NCBI GenBank assembly: GCA_965198115.1
Contig: OZ240241.1
Location: 3,488,001-3,552,000, forward strand
DNA: 64,000 bases
DNA from: Candidatus Latescibacterota bacterium
GTDB taxonomy: Bacteria; Latescibacterota; UBA2968
Reading direction: 5' to 3'
Below, in pieces: positions 34,529 to 46,790 of this stretch. Each line of letters begins with the position of its first letter. Within the stretch, counting starts at the first letter, position 1. A program made the position numbers and the translations under genes. Under the pieces are notes generated by a model. That model saw only the letters and a list, made by a program, of their open reading frames with translations. It was not told where the DNA came from and did no database searches.

Positions 34529-35491
34529 TCAGGAAGGATTGGGTGCTACAACATAGCCTTTCACTTTATCCACGACGTTCAGTAGCGGCTCTCCCGAACA
34601 GAACCGTCTGACATTCTCGACGATGACCGTATCTCTACGCTTCTGAATCTGGGGAGACGTTCCCGCAACGTGGGGCGTGATAAGACATTGCTCCAATGAC
34701 CAAAGGCGGTGATCCGGGGGCAGGGGTTCCTCCTCGAACACATCGAGACCCGCCCCGCGGAGCCGTCCGGATTCCAGGGCATCGGCCAGGGAGGACAGGT
34801 CGACGACCTTGCCTCGACCGATGTTCACGAGCACCGCATCCTGTTTCATCTGGAAGATGGCACGCTCGTCCATCATATACTCTGTCTCACCCGTATGGGG
34901 AACGCAGATAGCGACGAAATCCGATTGTTTGAGCATCTCCTGGAGGTCGGAGGGGTCGTAGATGGTTTCAACGTAATCGGGGCGATCCTTGGGTGCGGGA
35001 TCCACCCCAAAGACCCGCATGTCGAAGGCGTGTGCACGCTTGCACACCTCCAGCCCGATCCCACCCAGCCCGATCACACCCATCGTCGTGCCGCCCAGAT
35101 GTATCACGGGTGCGCCGCTTTCCCATCTTCCCTCGAGGCGACGCGCGTGATAGAGATGCATGCCTCGCGCAAACATCAGAACGAACGCGAAAACGTGGTC
35201 GGCGATCACGTCGCTGTAGATGCCGCGCAGGTTGGTCATCGTGACATCGCTCGCCCGAAGTTCGGAGAAGAAATAGTTATCGAGGCCGGCGCTCGTGGCC
35301 TGGATCCAGCGCAACTGCTTTCCGGCCGCCAGCAAGGGCGCCGTGATTCGGCCATAGAAGCAATCCGCGTCGACAATGGCTTCGACGGCCTCTTGATCTG
35401 ATTCCGGACCGCTAACTTCGACATCCAGGTCTCTGATCGCCGAGATGACGTGGTCAGCCAGAATGGGACGCATAACCATCTTCGTGGACAC
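34529..35491 (-). CDS. D-isomer-specific 2-hydroxyacid dehydrogenase
   Basis: WIQATSAGLD, VIGLGGIG, NIGRG, GAGLDVFEEEPL, ITPHVAG. GTG start after GGAG. Confidence 0.92.
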   Translation of the reverse strand: MSTKMVMRPILADHVISAIRDLDVEVSGPESDQEAVEAIVDADCFYGRITAPLLAAGKQLRWIQATSAGLDNYFFSELRASDVTMTNLRGIYSDVIADHVFAFVLMFARGMHLYHARRLEGRWESGAPVIHLGGTTMGVIGLGGIGLEVCKRAHAFDMRVFGVDPAPKDRPDYVETIYDPSDLQEMLKQSDFVAICVPHTGETEYMMDERAIFQMKQDAVLVNIGRGKVVDLSSLADALESGRLRGAGLDVFEEEPLPPDHRLWSLEQCLITPHVAGTSPQIQKRRDTVIVENVRRFCSGEPLLNVVDKVKGYVVAPNPS

Positions 35492-35534
35492 AACATCTCC
35501 TTTTGTAATCTCAAATCGATTGTGAGTATTTGCA

Positions 35535-35608
35535 TATTTAACAGCAAGATAGGCTAATGTCAACTTTTCGGGGCCCCGATTGACAGGCCTCATGGCCGGG
35601 AGTATCAT
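35535..35608. promoter_or_regulatory. Back-to-back sigma70-like promoters
   Basis: Plus: TTGACA (35580-35585), 17 bp, TATCAT (35603-35608). Minus: TTGACA (35563-35558), 16-17 bp, TTAAAT/TAAATA, facing the dehydrogenase. Confidence 0.55.
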
Positions 35609-36305
35609 TGCCTGGACGAGAACTACAGCATTCGACCAGGCACCATTAACACGATCGAGTTGTGGGAGGCTAGGGGCACCGAATCAACAAATGGGGATAC
35701 CCGAGAAGCCCAGCTACCTATGCCGACATTACGGTCAGAATGTCCGTCCACGGCGCCAAGGCTCAGGAACAGCGTTATCGGTGATTTCGCGATCGCACAC
35801 CGTGGCTTTCAGGCGCCCACATCGGGGGATTAAAGACCATGACCCATATCCCTCTGACTGGACAAGGCGATCCGCACATTCGATGCGACAAGGCTAATTA
35901 CGGCCGATCCGGCCCAGTCTACGACACAGAGTGGAACCCGTCGACTCAATGGTTTGACCGGGATGTGTCCGCCGTCGCTATCTTCGGCCTCATCGGAGGC
36001 CGCCTTCTATAATTTGCCTACACCCAAAAACCGTCTGCTCCGACAACGTTAAGCCTGGCGATAGTTTTCCCAATCGAAAAAACCTCGAGCAATGTCGCGT
36101 TCGATCTTGATCAAGAGATGGCGAGGTGCAAGTGTTTTTCCGTATGAAAACTGTCGAAGTATACCGCTCGCTTTGACAGCGGAGCGTCAATTGAGTGGAA
36201 TAGGTGCCCGGCATTAACAAGCTTTATAGATCCGGATAGTCCACGGCGTTCGGCGGCGAGAATGTCTTTCGAGTCTAGCAATTGACGTCAGGCGACCTAA
36301 AATAG

Positions 36306-37677
36306 GAGCTATAATCAAAAGTGTGGAAAAAGAGAAAGGGCGACCCTACCCTTCCCGTGAGATAGTTGATTCACACAAAACCGGGTGAGAGGCCCGGTTG
36401 GGAAGGAGGATCGCCGTGAAGGAACATACGCATAGAGCCCCATTGAAGTCCATGCCGACGTGGGAGACGGTTGACGATTGGATCCGTGAAGAGATCCAGG
36501 GCCGGTTCCAGTCCATTCTGGAGGAGGAGGCGACCGCGTTCTTGGGCCGGTCGTGGTATGAGCGCCGAGCCGAGGTTGATAGCTCCAGGGGCTACAGGAA
36601 CGGCTACGGCAAGCCCCGGCGTCTCTCGACGAGCTGCGGAACGATCAAGGTCCGGCGTCCCCGGGTTCGTGGTCTGGAAGAGCGGTTTGAAAGCCGCATC
36701 CTCCCCCTGTTCGCCCGGAGAACCAGGGCCATTGGAGATCTGCTTCCCGACCTTTATCTCCACGGTCTCTCCCAGGGCGACTTCGAGTTGTCTTTGCGTG
36801 CGCTGCTCGGTGATGGCGCGCCGCTTTCGCCGACCTCGATCGCTCGTCTTCGAGGGAAGTGGGAGGTCGACTTCCAGGACTGGAAAGAAAGGCGTCTGGA
36901 TAATCGCGAACTGGTCTACGCCTGGGCTGATGGCATCTACGTCAAAGCCGGGCTCGAGCGCGAGAAGGCGTGTCTGCTGGTCGTGATCGGCGCGATGAGC
37001 GACGGCAGCAAGGAGATCCTGGCGATAGAACCCGGTTATCGAGAGTCTACAGAATCCTGGCTCACGGTGCTCCGGGATCTCCGGGATCGCGGGCTCGAAC
37101 ATCCTGTCCTGATCGCCGCGGACGGGAATATGGGCATCTGGGCGGCCGTTGATCAGGTCTGGCCAGAGAGCCGGCAACAACGGTGCTGGAACCACAAGAT
37201 CCTCAACGTGCTCGACAAGGTCGCCAAGCGTGCACAGGCTGAAGCCCGCGCACTGCTCGTCCAGATCCCCTATGCCGGCACGAAAAAGGAGGCCGAGAAG
37301 CTCCGGAAACGCTTTGCCGCACGGTATCGCTCACAGTTCCCTGCCGCCGTGGAGACGCTCGAAAGAGACTGGGATCGGATGGTCACGTTCTACGACTTCC
37401 GAAGGAACACTGGAAACACCTGAGAACCACGAACGTCGTCGAGAGCCCCTTTGCTTCCGTTCGGCTTCGCACAAACGCCGCCAGGCGATTCAAGAAAGTC
37501 AGGAACGCCACGGCTCTCATCTGGCGTACGCTCAAGGTCGCAGAGAGCCGATTCAGGAAACTCACCGCGCCACACTTGCTACAACAAGTCTACGATCAGA
37601 AACACTCAACCGGACCGCAGGTCGAAGCCGGGAAGATGGCCGCCTGATTTCTTTTACACACCTATTGACCTGAGCTC
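36306..37677 (+). mobile_element. IS256-family element copy 3; 1-nt frameshift near 37400
   Basis: Near-identical to copies 1 and 2. TSD taaaatag at 36298-36305 and 37678-37685. Confidence 0.95.
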
Positions 37678-37700
37678 TAAAATAGATAGCGCCATGCTAA

Positions 37701-40131
37701 CCTGAATTATGCATAAAAAGGGCTCTATCCGGGTTTCTCAACGGTGAAACTATAGAATGACAAGGTCATAGATCGTTCCCTACGCTTGGTTGTGTGTGTA
37801 GGACAATCAAAGCGAAGGGGGTGCGACCTATGACCGGGAGCAGATTACTATCGAAACTGCTGAGATTCAAGGGGTTCCGTGTTGTCAGCTGGTGGTTTGA
37901 GGGGAGAAGCTGCTTCGTCATCGCCGTAAAGCCACATAAGAATGGTTGTTGTTGTCCGGAGTGCGGCCGTCGAGGTAAAATCGTCCGCACAATGCCCCAT
38001 CCGCGTCGGTGGCGTGACATTCCGGTGTGCGGGTGGAGGGTCTGGCTTCTCTACCATCCTCGGGAGATTCGGTGTCCTACCCACGGTCGTGTGGTCGAGG
38101 AGATTCCGTGGGCGGAGCGGTTCTCTCGGGTGACGTATCGCTTCGAGTATGCCATGCTGCGCTACTGCCAGACCATGACGCAGAAGGCGGCGTCCGAGTT
38201 GCTGCGCATCTCTGCCTCGACGCTGTCGGATCTCCTTCACCGATCCATCACGCGGCTTCGTGAAGGTCATCGTATCCGAGGGCTCAAAACCATCGGGATC
38301 GACGAGATCTCCTACGCCAAGCGTCACAGGTACGCCACGCTCGTTTACGATCTGGACCGCTCCTGCGTGGTGTGGGTTGGCCGCGGCAGGGCGCGTAAAA
38401 CGATCGATCGGTTCTTCACAGAGGCTCTCAGTCCCTACCGGAGATCCAAGATCGAGTGGGCCTGCTGCGACATGAGCGAAGCTTACATCGGAGCCATCCA
38501 GGAACACTGTGCCAAGCTGGTCCTCGATCGCTTTCACATCGTCAAGGCTCTCAATGCCGCCGTTGACGAGGTCCGTAAGGACCAGTGGCGTAAAGCTGCC
38601 CCGGATGAGCGCAAAGCCATGAAGGGCCTCCGATGGCTCCTCTACCGGCACTCAGCGACACGCTCCAGAGGGGATACTCGGACACTCAAAGCACTGGAGA
38701 AGGCGAACTACCGAATCTATAGAGCCTGGAGACTCAAGGACGAGTTCGAGCAGTTATGGGAATACAAAGCGCCCTGGGCTGCCGAACGCTTCCTGAAATG
38801 CTGGACGACGTCCGCACTCAGAAGTCGACTTGAACCCCTGCGAAAGTTCGTCAGGACCCTGCGACAGCACTTCTTCGGCGTCCTCGCATTCGTGAACACG
38901 CGTCTTACCAACGCCATCGCCGAAGGCCTCAACCGAATCGTCCAAATCGTCAAGAACCGAGCCAGCGGATTCCGCACACTCGACGCATTCAACGATATGA
39001 TCTTCCTTACCGTCGGAGACATAAACATCCCTGAGCAGATTCCGAAGAGGTTCCGCACACGCTAACCGCGCCCCCATGCCAGGAACCACGGCACCTTCAC
39101 CCACTTCATCTCGTTGAGAGATCCGGATATAGCCTGCTATATGCCGCTACATATCTATGAAGGCCAAAGCGGCAAGCTCATTACGACGATCTTGAGACCC
39201 GGGCATCCGACGAACGGTAAACAGGTCGTTTCTATTCTCAAGCGCTTGGTGGAACACCTACGCGGATCTTGGCCAAACGTGGAGATCATCGTTCGCGCAG
39301 ACTCAAAGTTCAGCTCACCAGAGATGCACGATTTCTGCGAAGACAACGGTATCTACTACGTTCTGGGCCAGGGCGCCAACTCCAAGCTCAAAGCGGCTGG
39401 ACAAAACCTGATGGACCAAGCGCTACGTCTGAGCGAGCATAAGGAGACGATTCGCTTGTTCTCATCCTTCTCATATCAGGCTGGCACCTGGCGGCAGCCT
39501 CGCCGGATCATTCGCAAGGCTGAAGTCACAAACGGCGAAGCAAATCCAAGATACCTCGTGACCAATTTACAGAGTAATCGAGACGGCTTTATCTATGATC
39601 GTATCTACTGCGCAAGGGGACGCACGGAAGGCTTCATCAAGGACCACAAAACATTCCTTCACTCCGATCGAACATCGTGCCACAAGTTTGAAGCCAACCA
39701 GTTCCGACTCTTTCTACACAGTGCTGCATACGCCTTGCTTCACGCACTCCGATCACAGGGACTCAAGGGCACCGCGTGGACCAAACCTCAGGTCAACACG
39801 ATACAGAACCGTTTCCTCAAAATCGGCGCGAGAGTCATTGAAAGCGCACGAAGAATCCGATTCCATTTTCCAACATCGTATCCACTCAAAAACGTCTTGG
39901 TGTCAATCATCACCAGGCTCGAAACGAACACGCAGTAACAACGCCGATCTATACCGGGGACAGCTATGTACACGTCGCAAAACAACACCTGTTCCGGACG
40001 AAAATCGTGACTCTTGCGACTCGTAGAGACCGCTTACGGGACCTTGGACATCCGAAGAAGCCGAGAACAAATCCTGTGCGTGATCACATCACTCCAAAAC
40101 AACCTAAACTCAAATTCATGCATGATTCAGG
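37701..40131 (+). mobile_element. IS1380 copy with nested ISL3 and loss of the transposase 5' part
   Basis: Left IR cctgaattatgcataa at 37701 matches the right IR ending at 40131. Sequence resumes at 39135 at the point equal to window position 121. Confidence 0.85.
37721..39134 (+). mobile_element. ISL3-family element copy 2; transposase ~37830..39065
   Basis: Near-identical to 27851-29277. Open frame with a 6-bp deletion; no TSD. Confidence 0.93.
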
Positions 40132-42270
40132 CTAGTTCACTTTTGACGTCGATTGAACCACCCAGCAACTCCGCAAATCGCTTGGTAATAGACAGCCCCA
40201 GCCCCGTGCCCTTTTGCACACTGCTCTCCGAGCCTTCGGCCTGACGATATTCGTCGAAGATTGTTGGGAGTTCGTCGGATGGAATGCCCTTTCCTGTGTC
40301 AGAGACGGCAATAACAAGTTCGGATGCCGACGAACCGTCGTCCGTTGGCCGTGAACCGTGAGCCGGGCTGTCGCCCAAGGGTTTCCTGGTCCCGGGTCCC
40401 GGTTCCCGGGTCACGCTGACAGTCACGCTCCCGCTGTCCGTGAACTTGATCGCATTGCTCACCAAATTGATAACCATCTGCTGCACCCTTGCCCAATCCG
40501 TGTTCGCCTCGCCAATGCTGTCATCCACCTCCTGACGCAACTCTACGCCCTCCTGAATGAGCGGACTGACCGTGTCGCACGCCGACGCAATCAGCTCCTT
40601 CACGTCGAACCGCTCGGGGTTCACATCCATCCGACCCGCTTCGATCTTCGACAGGTCGAGGAGGTCGTTGATCATCGCCATCAGGTGATCGCTGGCCTGG
40701 TCCACCTTTTCCAGATTGTCTTTTCCTCTATCCGAAAGGTTCTGCTCACGATGGGCAACAAGGTTCGTGAACCCCTTGATCGCGTTCATCGGCGTCCGAA
40801 GCTCGTGGCTCATCGAGGCAAGGAACGTGCTCTTGTTCTGGCTCGCGGCCGCGATCTCCTGATTCCGTTCCTCGAGCTCCGTGTAAGTACGAGCGACCCT
40901 ACGAGCGAGGTGAACGGACATCACCAGGATCAGCCACGGGATCCCGAGTTGGAGAACGGCGTCGTCTCGAGAGGCAAAAAACCAGAGGCAGCCAACGAGG
41001 TAGGGCAGAAATCCAACGCAAGCGATCAATGCGTCCCGATGTTTGCGTCTCAGGGCAACGGTGAGAACGTAGCCTGCCTCGACACTCGCCACAGCCAGGA
41101 CAGCCCGTGCTACAGAAGACTGCGACCACGGAAGGCGACCGAACAGATCAAGATCACTGAGACGATCGAGGGCCATTGCCAGTAAGGCGATTCCTGCCGC
41201 GGCGGACAGGGCCCAGAACCGCTTTGGCAGACGAAGATCGAACAGGAGTAAAGGAAACGAAGGATCAGGAAGGCGATGAGGCAGGCCGTTGTGACGAGAA
41301 AAAACCTGTACGACGCTCCGGGATAGAGATCCCGCAGAGAGCCAGTGTAGTACCACACGGCAATCATCACTACGAAGGCGGCGTAGTACAGATTCGATCG
41401 CACCGCGTGGTGGAAAACGAACAGGAAGAAGTGAAGAGCCGACGCAGCAGCGGCGAAACCAACGAGCAGGAACAGTTCGAGATCTCGCCGACGTTCGAAA
41501 TCAATGGTCGTGCGCAATCCTGCCTGGAAGCCCGCTTCAGCCGTTCGCAACGTGCTCTCGAGATTGTGGGGTGGCCTTGGTATGAGCAGATCGCCCCTAT
41601 TCCGCGGACGATCGGAGCTGACGCCAGGGCCCCAGCTTAACCACCGAGATGGATACGCGAGTCGGCCCCGTCGCGGCAATGGAAGCCCTTCTGCATCACG
41701 ATCCCGGACGTGCAGCTGAAGTGGCAGAACGATGTCGTCCGACAGGTCGATGCCAAGCCCGTCTATATCGATTGCGAATTCGTATCTGTGTCCTTTGTCC
41801 TGATGGGTACCCGCCAGTTGTACGTACCGAGGGAGATCTCCCACACCCGTGGGGTCCTCGTAGATGAGATCCTCACCACGCAACTGACACTCGAACAGTA
41901 CGCTCGCCACGTCATCGTGAGATCCACCTAGGGACAGCAGGATCCCGTCTGCCTCTTGCCAACCAGTTGTGGTTCCTTCTTTGTTTCGAATCACCACGAC
42001 GGATTGATCGGTCACATCCACCGCGACGTAGAGATGACCCTTGGACCGATCGATCCCAAGCCGCATCGTCGCACTCAGGTTCAGGCTGTCGGGCTCGTCC
42101 AGCCACTTTACCGTGTCAATCGGATGCCTAGGGAGTCCGTCCGGCCAATCGCTCAGATCACCGTCGCACACGATCCCTTCCACGGGCACAGCGACCGCCA
42201 TTTCGCCGTTGTGTGCGTCGGCGCCAACGGCCAGGAGGGCGAGGAGTAAACAGGCGGCGATGCTCCTCAA
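40127..42270 (-). pseudogene. Sensor histidine kinase (CBM9/DOMON-like domain, multi-TM, HisKA, HATPase); frameshifted and cut by IS1380
   Basis: DGDLSDWP, LYVAVDVTD; FLASMSHELRTPMN, NLVSNAIKFT, DTGKGI, GTGLGL. Ends at IDVKSEL against the IS end. Confidence 0.82.
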
Positions 42271-42491
42271 GCGGTACCTCTGTCCGTTGACGAGTCGTAG
42301 CCAGCTGGAATCGACACGGTAAACGTCGTCCCCTTCCCGACCTCGCTCTCCACGCTGATCGACCCACCCAGCAACTCTGCAAATCTCTTCGTGATCGATA
42401 ACCCCAGCCCCGTTCCCTTCTGTACGCTACTCTCCGAGCCTTCGGCCTGACGATATTCATCGAAGATCGTTGGCCACTCCTCGGCGGAAAT
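42267..42491 (-). pseudogene. C-terminal HATPase remnant of a paralogous kinase
   Basis: PTIFDEYRQAEGSESSVQKGTGLGLSITKRFAELLGGSI.VESEVGKGTTFTV, truncated upstream by the IS3 remnant. Confidence 0.75.
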
Positions 42492-42717
42492 TGACCTGCC
42501 CCCACTTTTGTGTCCACATCCAAAGTTAGGATGCGGCCGCGATGGGCAGTTTGACCACCGCCGGTGCGGGTGGTCTATAGCCTAACGCACTATGTGGTCG
42601 GACGTGATTGTAGTGCTGTCTCCACCAAGCGGTTAACACTCTGGCTTCCGGTACAGTTGTAAGGATCTCGCCGAGGTTCTTGTCGACCACAAAAGGTTCA
42701 AGGTTTGCGACGCTCAT
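42492..42717 (-). mobile_element. IS3-family 3' remnant
   Basis: EARVL...WRQHYNHVRPHSALGYRPPAP; terminal IR gggggcaggtca. Confidence 0.8.
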
Positions 42718-42754
42718 GTTCCCTCCCGAAATCTGAGGCCCGTGGGACCTTCCA

Positions 42755-43840
42755 CTAAGTCAGCCACCAGTGCAGGAGGTTCGTCATATATCCTTCGTAC
42801 GCGTGGGAAGCCTGGATCAGCAGGCGTTCCGGTGCACCGGGGCTGTGCACCCGTAAATTGTTCGAGTACGCGCCGGCGCGCGCCTCCTGCATCCGCAGGT
42901 AGCGTCCTGAGTCCCAGTGGATGCCGTCGTCCGACGTATACAGTACGAAATGTCCGCTCCCTTCTCCCTGGGCTCCGCTCCGTCCGTGAAGGACGTATCC
43001 GCCTTTGAAGCGGGCCATCTGCGGATTTCGGATCTGCTTCTCGAAAAACGCGGTTTGCACGTCGCTCCAGGTGTAGCCGCCGTCGTGACTGATGACGTAG
43101 TCCAGGTGCTTTTCGTCGGCCTTGTTGTAGACGTAGGCGATCAGTCCGCCGTCTTGCAGAATCGACAGGGCGCCGTAGCCCCGACACTGGATCTCGAGCG
43201 GCAGCTTGCTCCGCAGGGCGAAGCTGCGGCCGTGATCGGTGCTTGCGTAGAGCCCGTAGAAGTGCTCGGGAAGGTTGCCGTACCAATGGATCGAGCTGTC
43301 GTTGCACAGCTCGAGAACCAGGATGCTGCCGTCGTGAACCATCGCATCCCAGATGCGGCCGGGTTGATCGCCCATCGGTTCCGCAGGTCCCCACGTACGG
43401 CCGTCATCCGTGCTGCGAAGACACGTGGGAACGTCCAGCGGCGCCCACGCCCACTTCTCTTCGGCCGTGTTCCCGCACTCCAGGTTGAACAGGACGACCG
43501 CCCCGTCGTCGGCTCGCACGGCATTCTCACACATGACGGACTTTCCAGCGTTCCTGTCGTAGACCGCCTTGGAGTAGGCAAGCACTTCGCCGGCGCTCCA
43601 GGTTCGTCCCCCGTCTTCGGAACGCCGGTATTCCATCCACCCGTCCCCCGTGTGTCCGTCGTTCCTATCCGAGCAGTTGGGGTAGAACGCCAGGATTTTC
43701 CCCGGAGCATATTCAACGAGCGCGTGGCCCAGGTGGCCACTACGGCCCGATCGGGCGTGGTCTACGAACATGATGCCGTCGTTGGGTGGATCCGGTGGCT
43801 CGATCTCGAATACGGTGCTGACCGTGGGGTTTTCGTCCAT
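42755..43840 (-). CDS. BNR/Asp-box (sialidase-fold) protein
   Basis: Five Asp boxes: SEDGGRTW, STDDGRTW, STDHGRSF, SHDGGYTW, SDDGIHW. Confidence 0.85.
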   Translation of the reverse strand: MDENPTVSTVFEIEPPDPPNDGIMFVDHARSGRSGHLGHALVEYAPGKILAFYPNCSDRNDGHTGDGWMEYRRSEDGGRTWSAGEVLAYSKAVYDRNAGKSVMCENAVRADDGAVVLFNLECGNTAEEKWAWAPLDVPTCLRSTDDGRTWGPAEPMGDQPGRIWDAMVHDGSILVLELCNDSSIHWYGNLPEHFYGLYASTDHGRSFALRSKLPLEIQCRGYGALSILQDGGLIAYVYNKADEKHLDYVISHDGGYTWSDVQTAFFEKQIRNPQMARFKGGYVLHGRSGAQGEGSGHFVLYTSDDGIHWDSGRYLRMQEARAGAYSNNLRVHSPGAPERLLIQASHAYEGYMTNLLHWWLT

Positions 43841-44016
43841 GGCTGGGCTCGTCCTTTGGTTTTCCGCGAAGAGCAGTGGATAGCAAATGTGTCTTATGGA
43901 TGGTGTCGTGAGGGCGTGACCTGCGTCGCGGTTGGCGGTCCTGTCCTCTGACGCCTTTGCTGAACGAGCGCGATCTTCATCCGAGTTTCACCATTCCGCC
44001 GGTTCGTCGCCGAGAA

Positions 44017-46144
44017 CTATTGAAAGAGTTTCACGGCCCTGATCTTGTTGTTCCAGTGGTCGCTGACGAGCAGGACATCGTCGCCGTAAATGCGGAGAGA
44101 ATACGGGTAGTTGAGCCTGGCGGCAGTGGCGGGACCGCCGTCGCCGGAGTCGCCGCCGTCGTCACTGCCGGCGATGGTGCGCAGGACCCGATCCGGGCCC
44201 ACGGCACGCACCTGGAAATTCGCGGTGTCCGCCAGGTAAATGGTCTCGCCGTCCCGCGATACCTCGACACCGTGTGGCGAGCCGAGTCTGGCTTCTTCCG
44301 CGGGCGTGCCGTCCGGGGAGTGACCCGACTCGCCCTTGCCGACTACCGTGGTCACGGATGACACCTGTCTCGGCGTCGACGCGCCGCACAACGTTGCTGG
44401 CCATATCCGGGAAGTAGAGGTTGCCCTCGCCGTCGAAGCGGAGGGACATGGGCCTGCCGATGCGGGCGCTGGTCGCCGGGCCGCCGTCGCCGGTCAGGCC
44501 CACCAGTCCGTTGCCGACGACGGTCATGATAATGCCGGTTCTGGCATCCACCTTGCGGATTCGATGGGCTTCGGCGTCGGCGATGTACACGTCGCCGCTT
44601 GGCCCGTGCTCGACAGCGGTCGGATAGATCACGTTGGCGCTGATCGCCGGACCCCCGTCGCCCTTGTCCCACGGGAAAGCGGCGCCCGCGAAGTTGTGGA
44701 TGATTCCGTCTGTGTCGATCCGGCGCACGTGGCTGTGACGCGTGTCCGCCACGATGACGGTGCCGTCCCGCCCGACCGCGACGTCCCCCGGGTTGCCGAG
44801 AAAGGCTAGCGCGGCCGGGCCGCCGTCGCCGCCATAGGCCCGCGCCCCCTCGCCGGCAACGGTGCGAATCACCCCGGTGTCGGCGTCGATGGCGCGGACT
44901 CGCTGGTTCCAGCAATCGGCGAAATAGACATCTCCATCCTCTGCGATGGAGATGCCGTAGGGCCCTCGCAGAAACGCCTGCGTCGCGGGTTCGCCGTCAT
45001 GCACGGAGGTGCCCCCCAGGGCGGTCGTCACAACGCCGGTCTTCCCGTCGTACCTGCGCAGGCGGCCGGAGGAGTCGCCCCAGAATACAGTGCCGTCGGA
45101 ATCTGCCCACAGCCCGGCCTCGACTGAGTTGATGCGGCTGTCCGGGCCGGGCAGGCCCTCATCGCCCCAACCCGCCTGACCATTGCCCGCCAGGGTGGAA
45201 ACCAGGCCGGTATTGGCATCCAGGCGGCGCAGACGAAAACCGTACTTCTCGCCGACGTACATGTTGTCCTCGGCGTCGAAGCACAGAGCATCGGGCATCA
45301 GGATGGCGGCCTCAGTGCCGGCCTCGCCGTCACCGCTGGAGGCGCGCTGGCCGTTCCCGAGGACGGTGCTGACGATCCCCGTCTTCATGTCGATCTTGCG
45401 GATGCGGTCGTTGGAATTATCACAGACGTAGAGATCCCCCTTCGAGTCGAAGGCCAGGTGCTCGGGGTGGTGAAAGCCCGCTTTTTCCTTCGGACCGCCG
45501 TCGCCGGAGTACCCGCCGAGGCTCAGCCACGGACCAGAGAACGGTCTGCTGTTGCCGTTCTCCAGGTCGTAGTGGCGCGCCTCGGCCCCGGCGAAGTGCT
45601 CGATGATGCCGGTCGTGGCATCGATGCGGCGGATGACGTTCGACCACTCGCAGGAAAGAAAGACATTACCGTCGTCGTCGACGGCAATGCCCGAGTCATT
45701 GTCGATCTCGCACTCGAGAGCGGGTCCGCCGTTTCCGCCCCAGCCGACTTTACCGGAGCCGGCGACTCGCGTGATGACGCCGGAGACTGCGTCGATGCGA
45801 CGCACCGCGTGGTTTCCGAGGTCGGTGAGGTAGAGATTGTCGACCCTGTCTTTGGTCAAGTCGTGGGGGTCGTCGAGGCGGGCGTCTTTGGCGGGCCCGC
45901 CGTCGCCACGATCGCCCGGCACGCCGTCACCGGCGAAGGCGTGCAGGATGCCATCGGTATCGATGCGCCAGATGCGGTGCCCCCACATGTCGAGGACGAT
46001 CAGGTCGCCATTGGCTATGCGGACGACTCCCTGGGGTGTGCCCGCCGGGGCGTCGCGAGCAGGTACGCCGTCCATGTAGCCGACTCCAGCGACTGTGATA
46101 ATGATGCCGGGCTCGAGCACGGCGAGCTGCTCTTTCAGGCTCAT
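44017..46144 (-). pseudogene. NHL-repeat beta-propeller protein, frameshift near 44355
   Basis: About 12 repeats of GDGGPA..A.L..P..(LV)..D..G.LY.AD..N.RIR.ID..TG.I.TVAG. The last repeats are in another frame. Confidence 0.85.
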
Positions 46145-46369
46145 TCGAGTCGTTTTCTCAAGATCATGTTGCGTTCACGATGCGTGTAGAGTCCTATTAT
46201 AGGGGCGGTAGGCAGCGAGGTGCAACGAGCTCGGGGCCTGTTGCAATCATCCCTCCTTTCTGGTACAGCGGATAGGACGAATAAACGGTGTGTTTGGCGC
46301 CGGTGCGAGGTCCGTGGCGGTCCAGCGATGCGCCTGAGGCCTGTCCGGCGGGGTATCGCGTGCCGATAG

Positions 46370-46790
46370 CTCTACTCCTTGGTGAAGTATCGCGGCTCCG
46401 ACCGGGCGCGTGAGCTGGCCGAGGCCAGTATCCAGAGTGATCTTCGACTACTGGGTGCCGACCGAGCAGTGGGAGTTGGAGCGCATCGAAAAGGACCTGC
46501 CGGTCAAGATCATGCGAGAAGGGTACTGACCTACATCCAGCGTCTGGCCCGCTCCATAGGGCCGCTGGTGCTAAAGAAGAAGGCCATACGCGAGTTTTCA
46601 CAGAGGACGGTTCGTTCTCGACGGAGCTCTTCGGGACCCACGCCCATTCCACCACCTGCGTTATGTCGTCATGGCGCACCACGGAGACGCGCGCCCGCTT
46701 CCGGGGCGACCAGGTCATCGCCATGGTGAACTTCGGGACCGACCTGACCTTCTTCGACCCGATCGACTAGCTGGAGACCGAAGCTCTAAG
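46370..46790 (+). pseudogene. Heavily decayed gene relic of unknown family
   Basis: Protein-like text (VIFDYWVPTEQWELERIEKDLPVK, GDQVIAMVNFGTDLTFFDP) broken by several in-frame stops and shifts. Confidence 0.4.

Noticed and set aside
44017-46144. DNA repeat array, CRISPR or DGR
   Set aside because: The repeats are degenerate protein-level NHL units. No spacer array, cas gene or reverse transcriptase was seen in the window.
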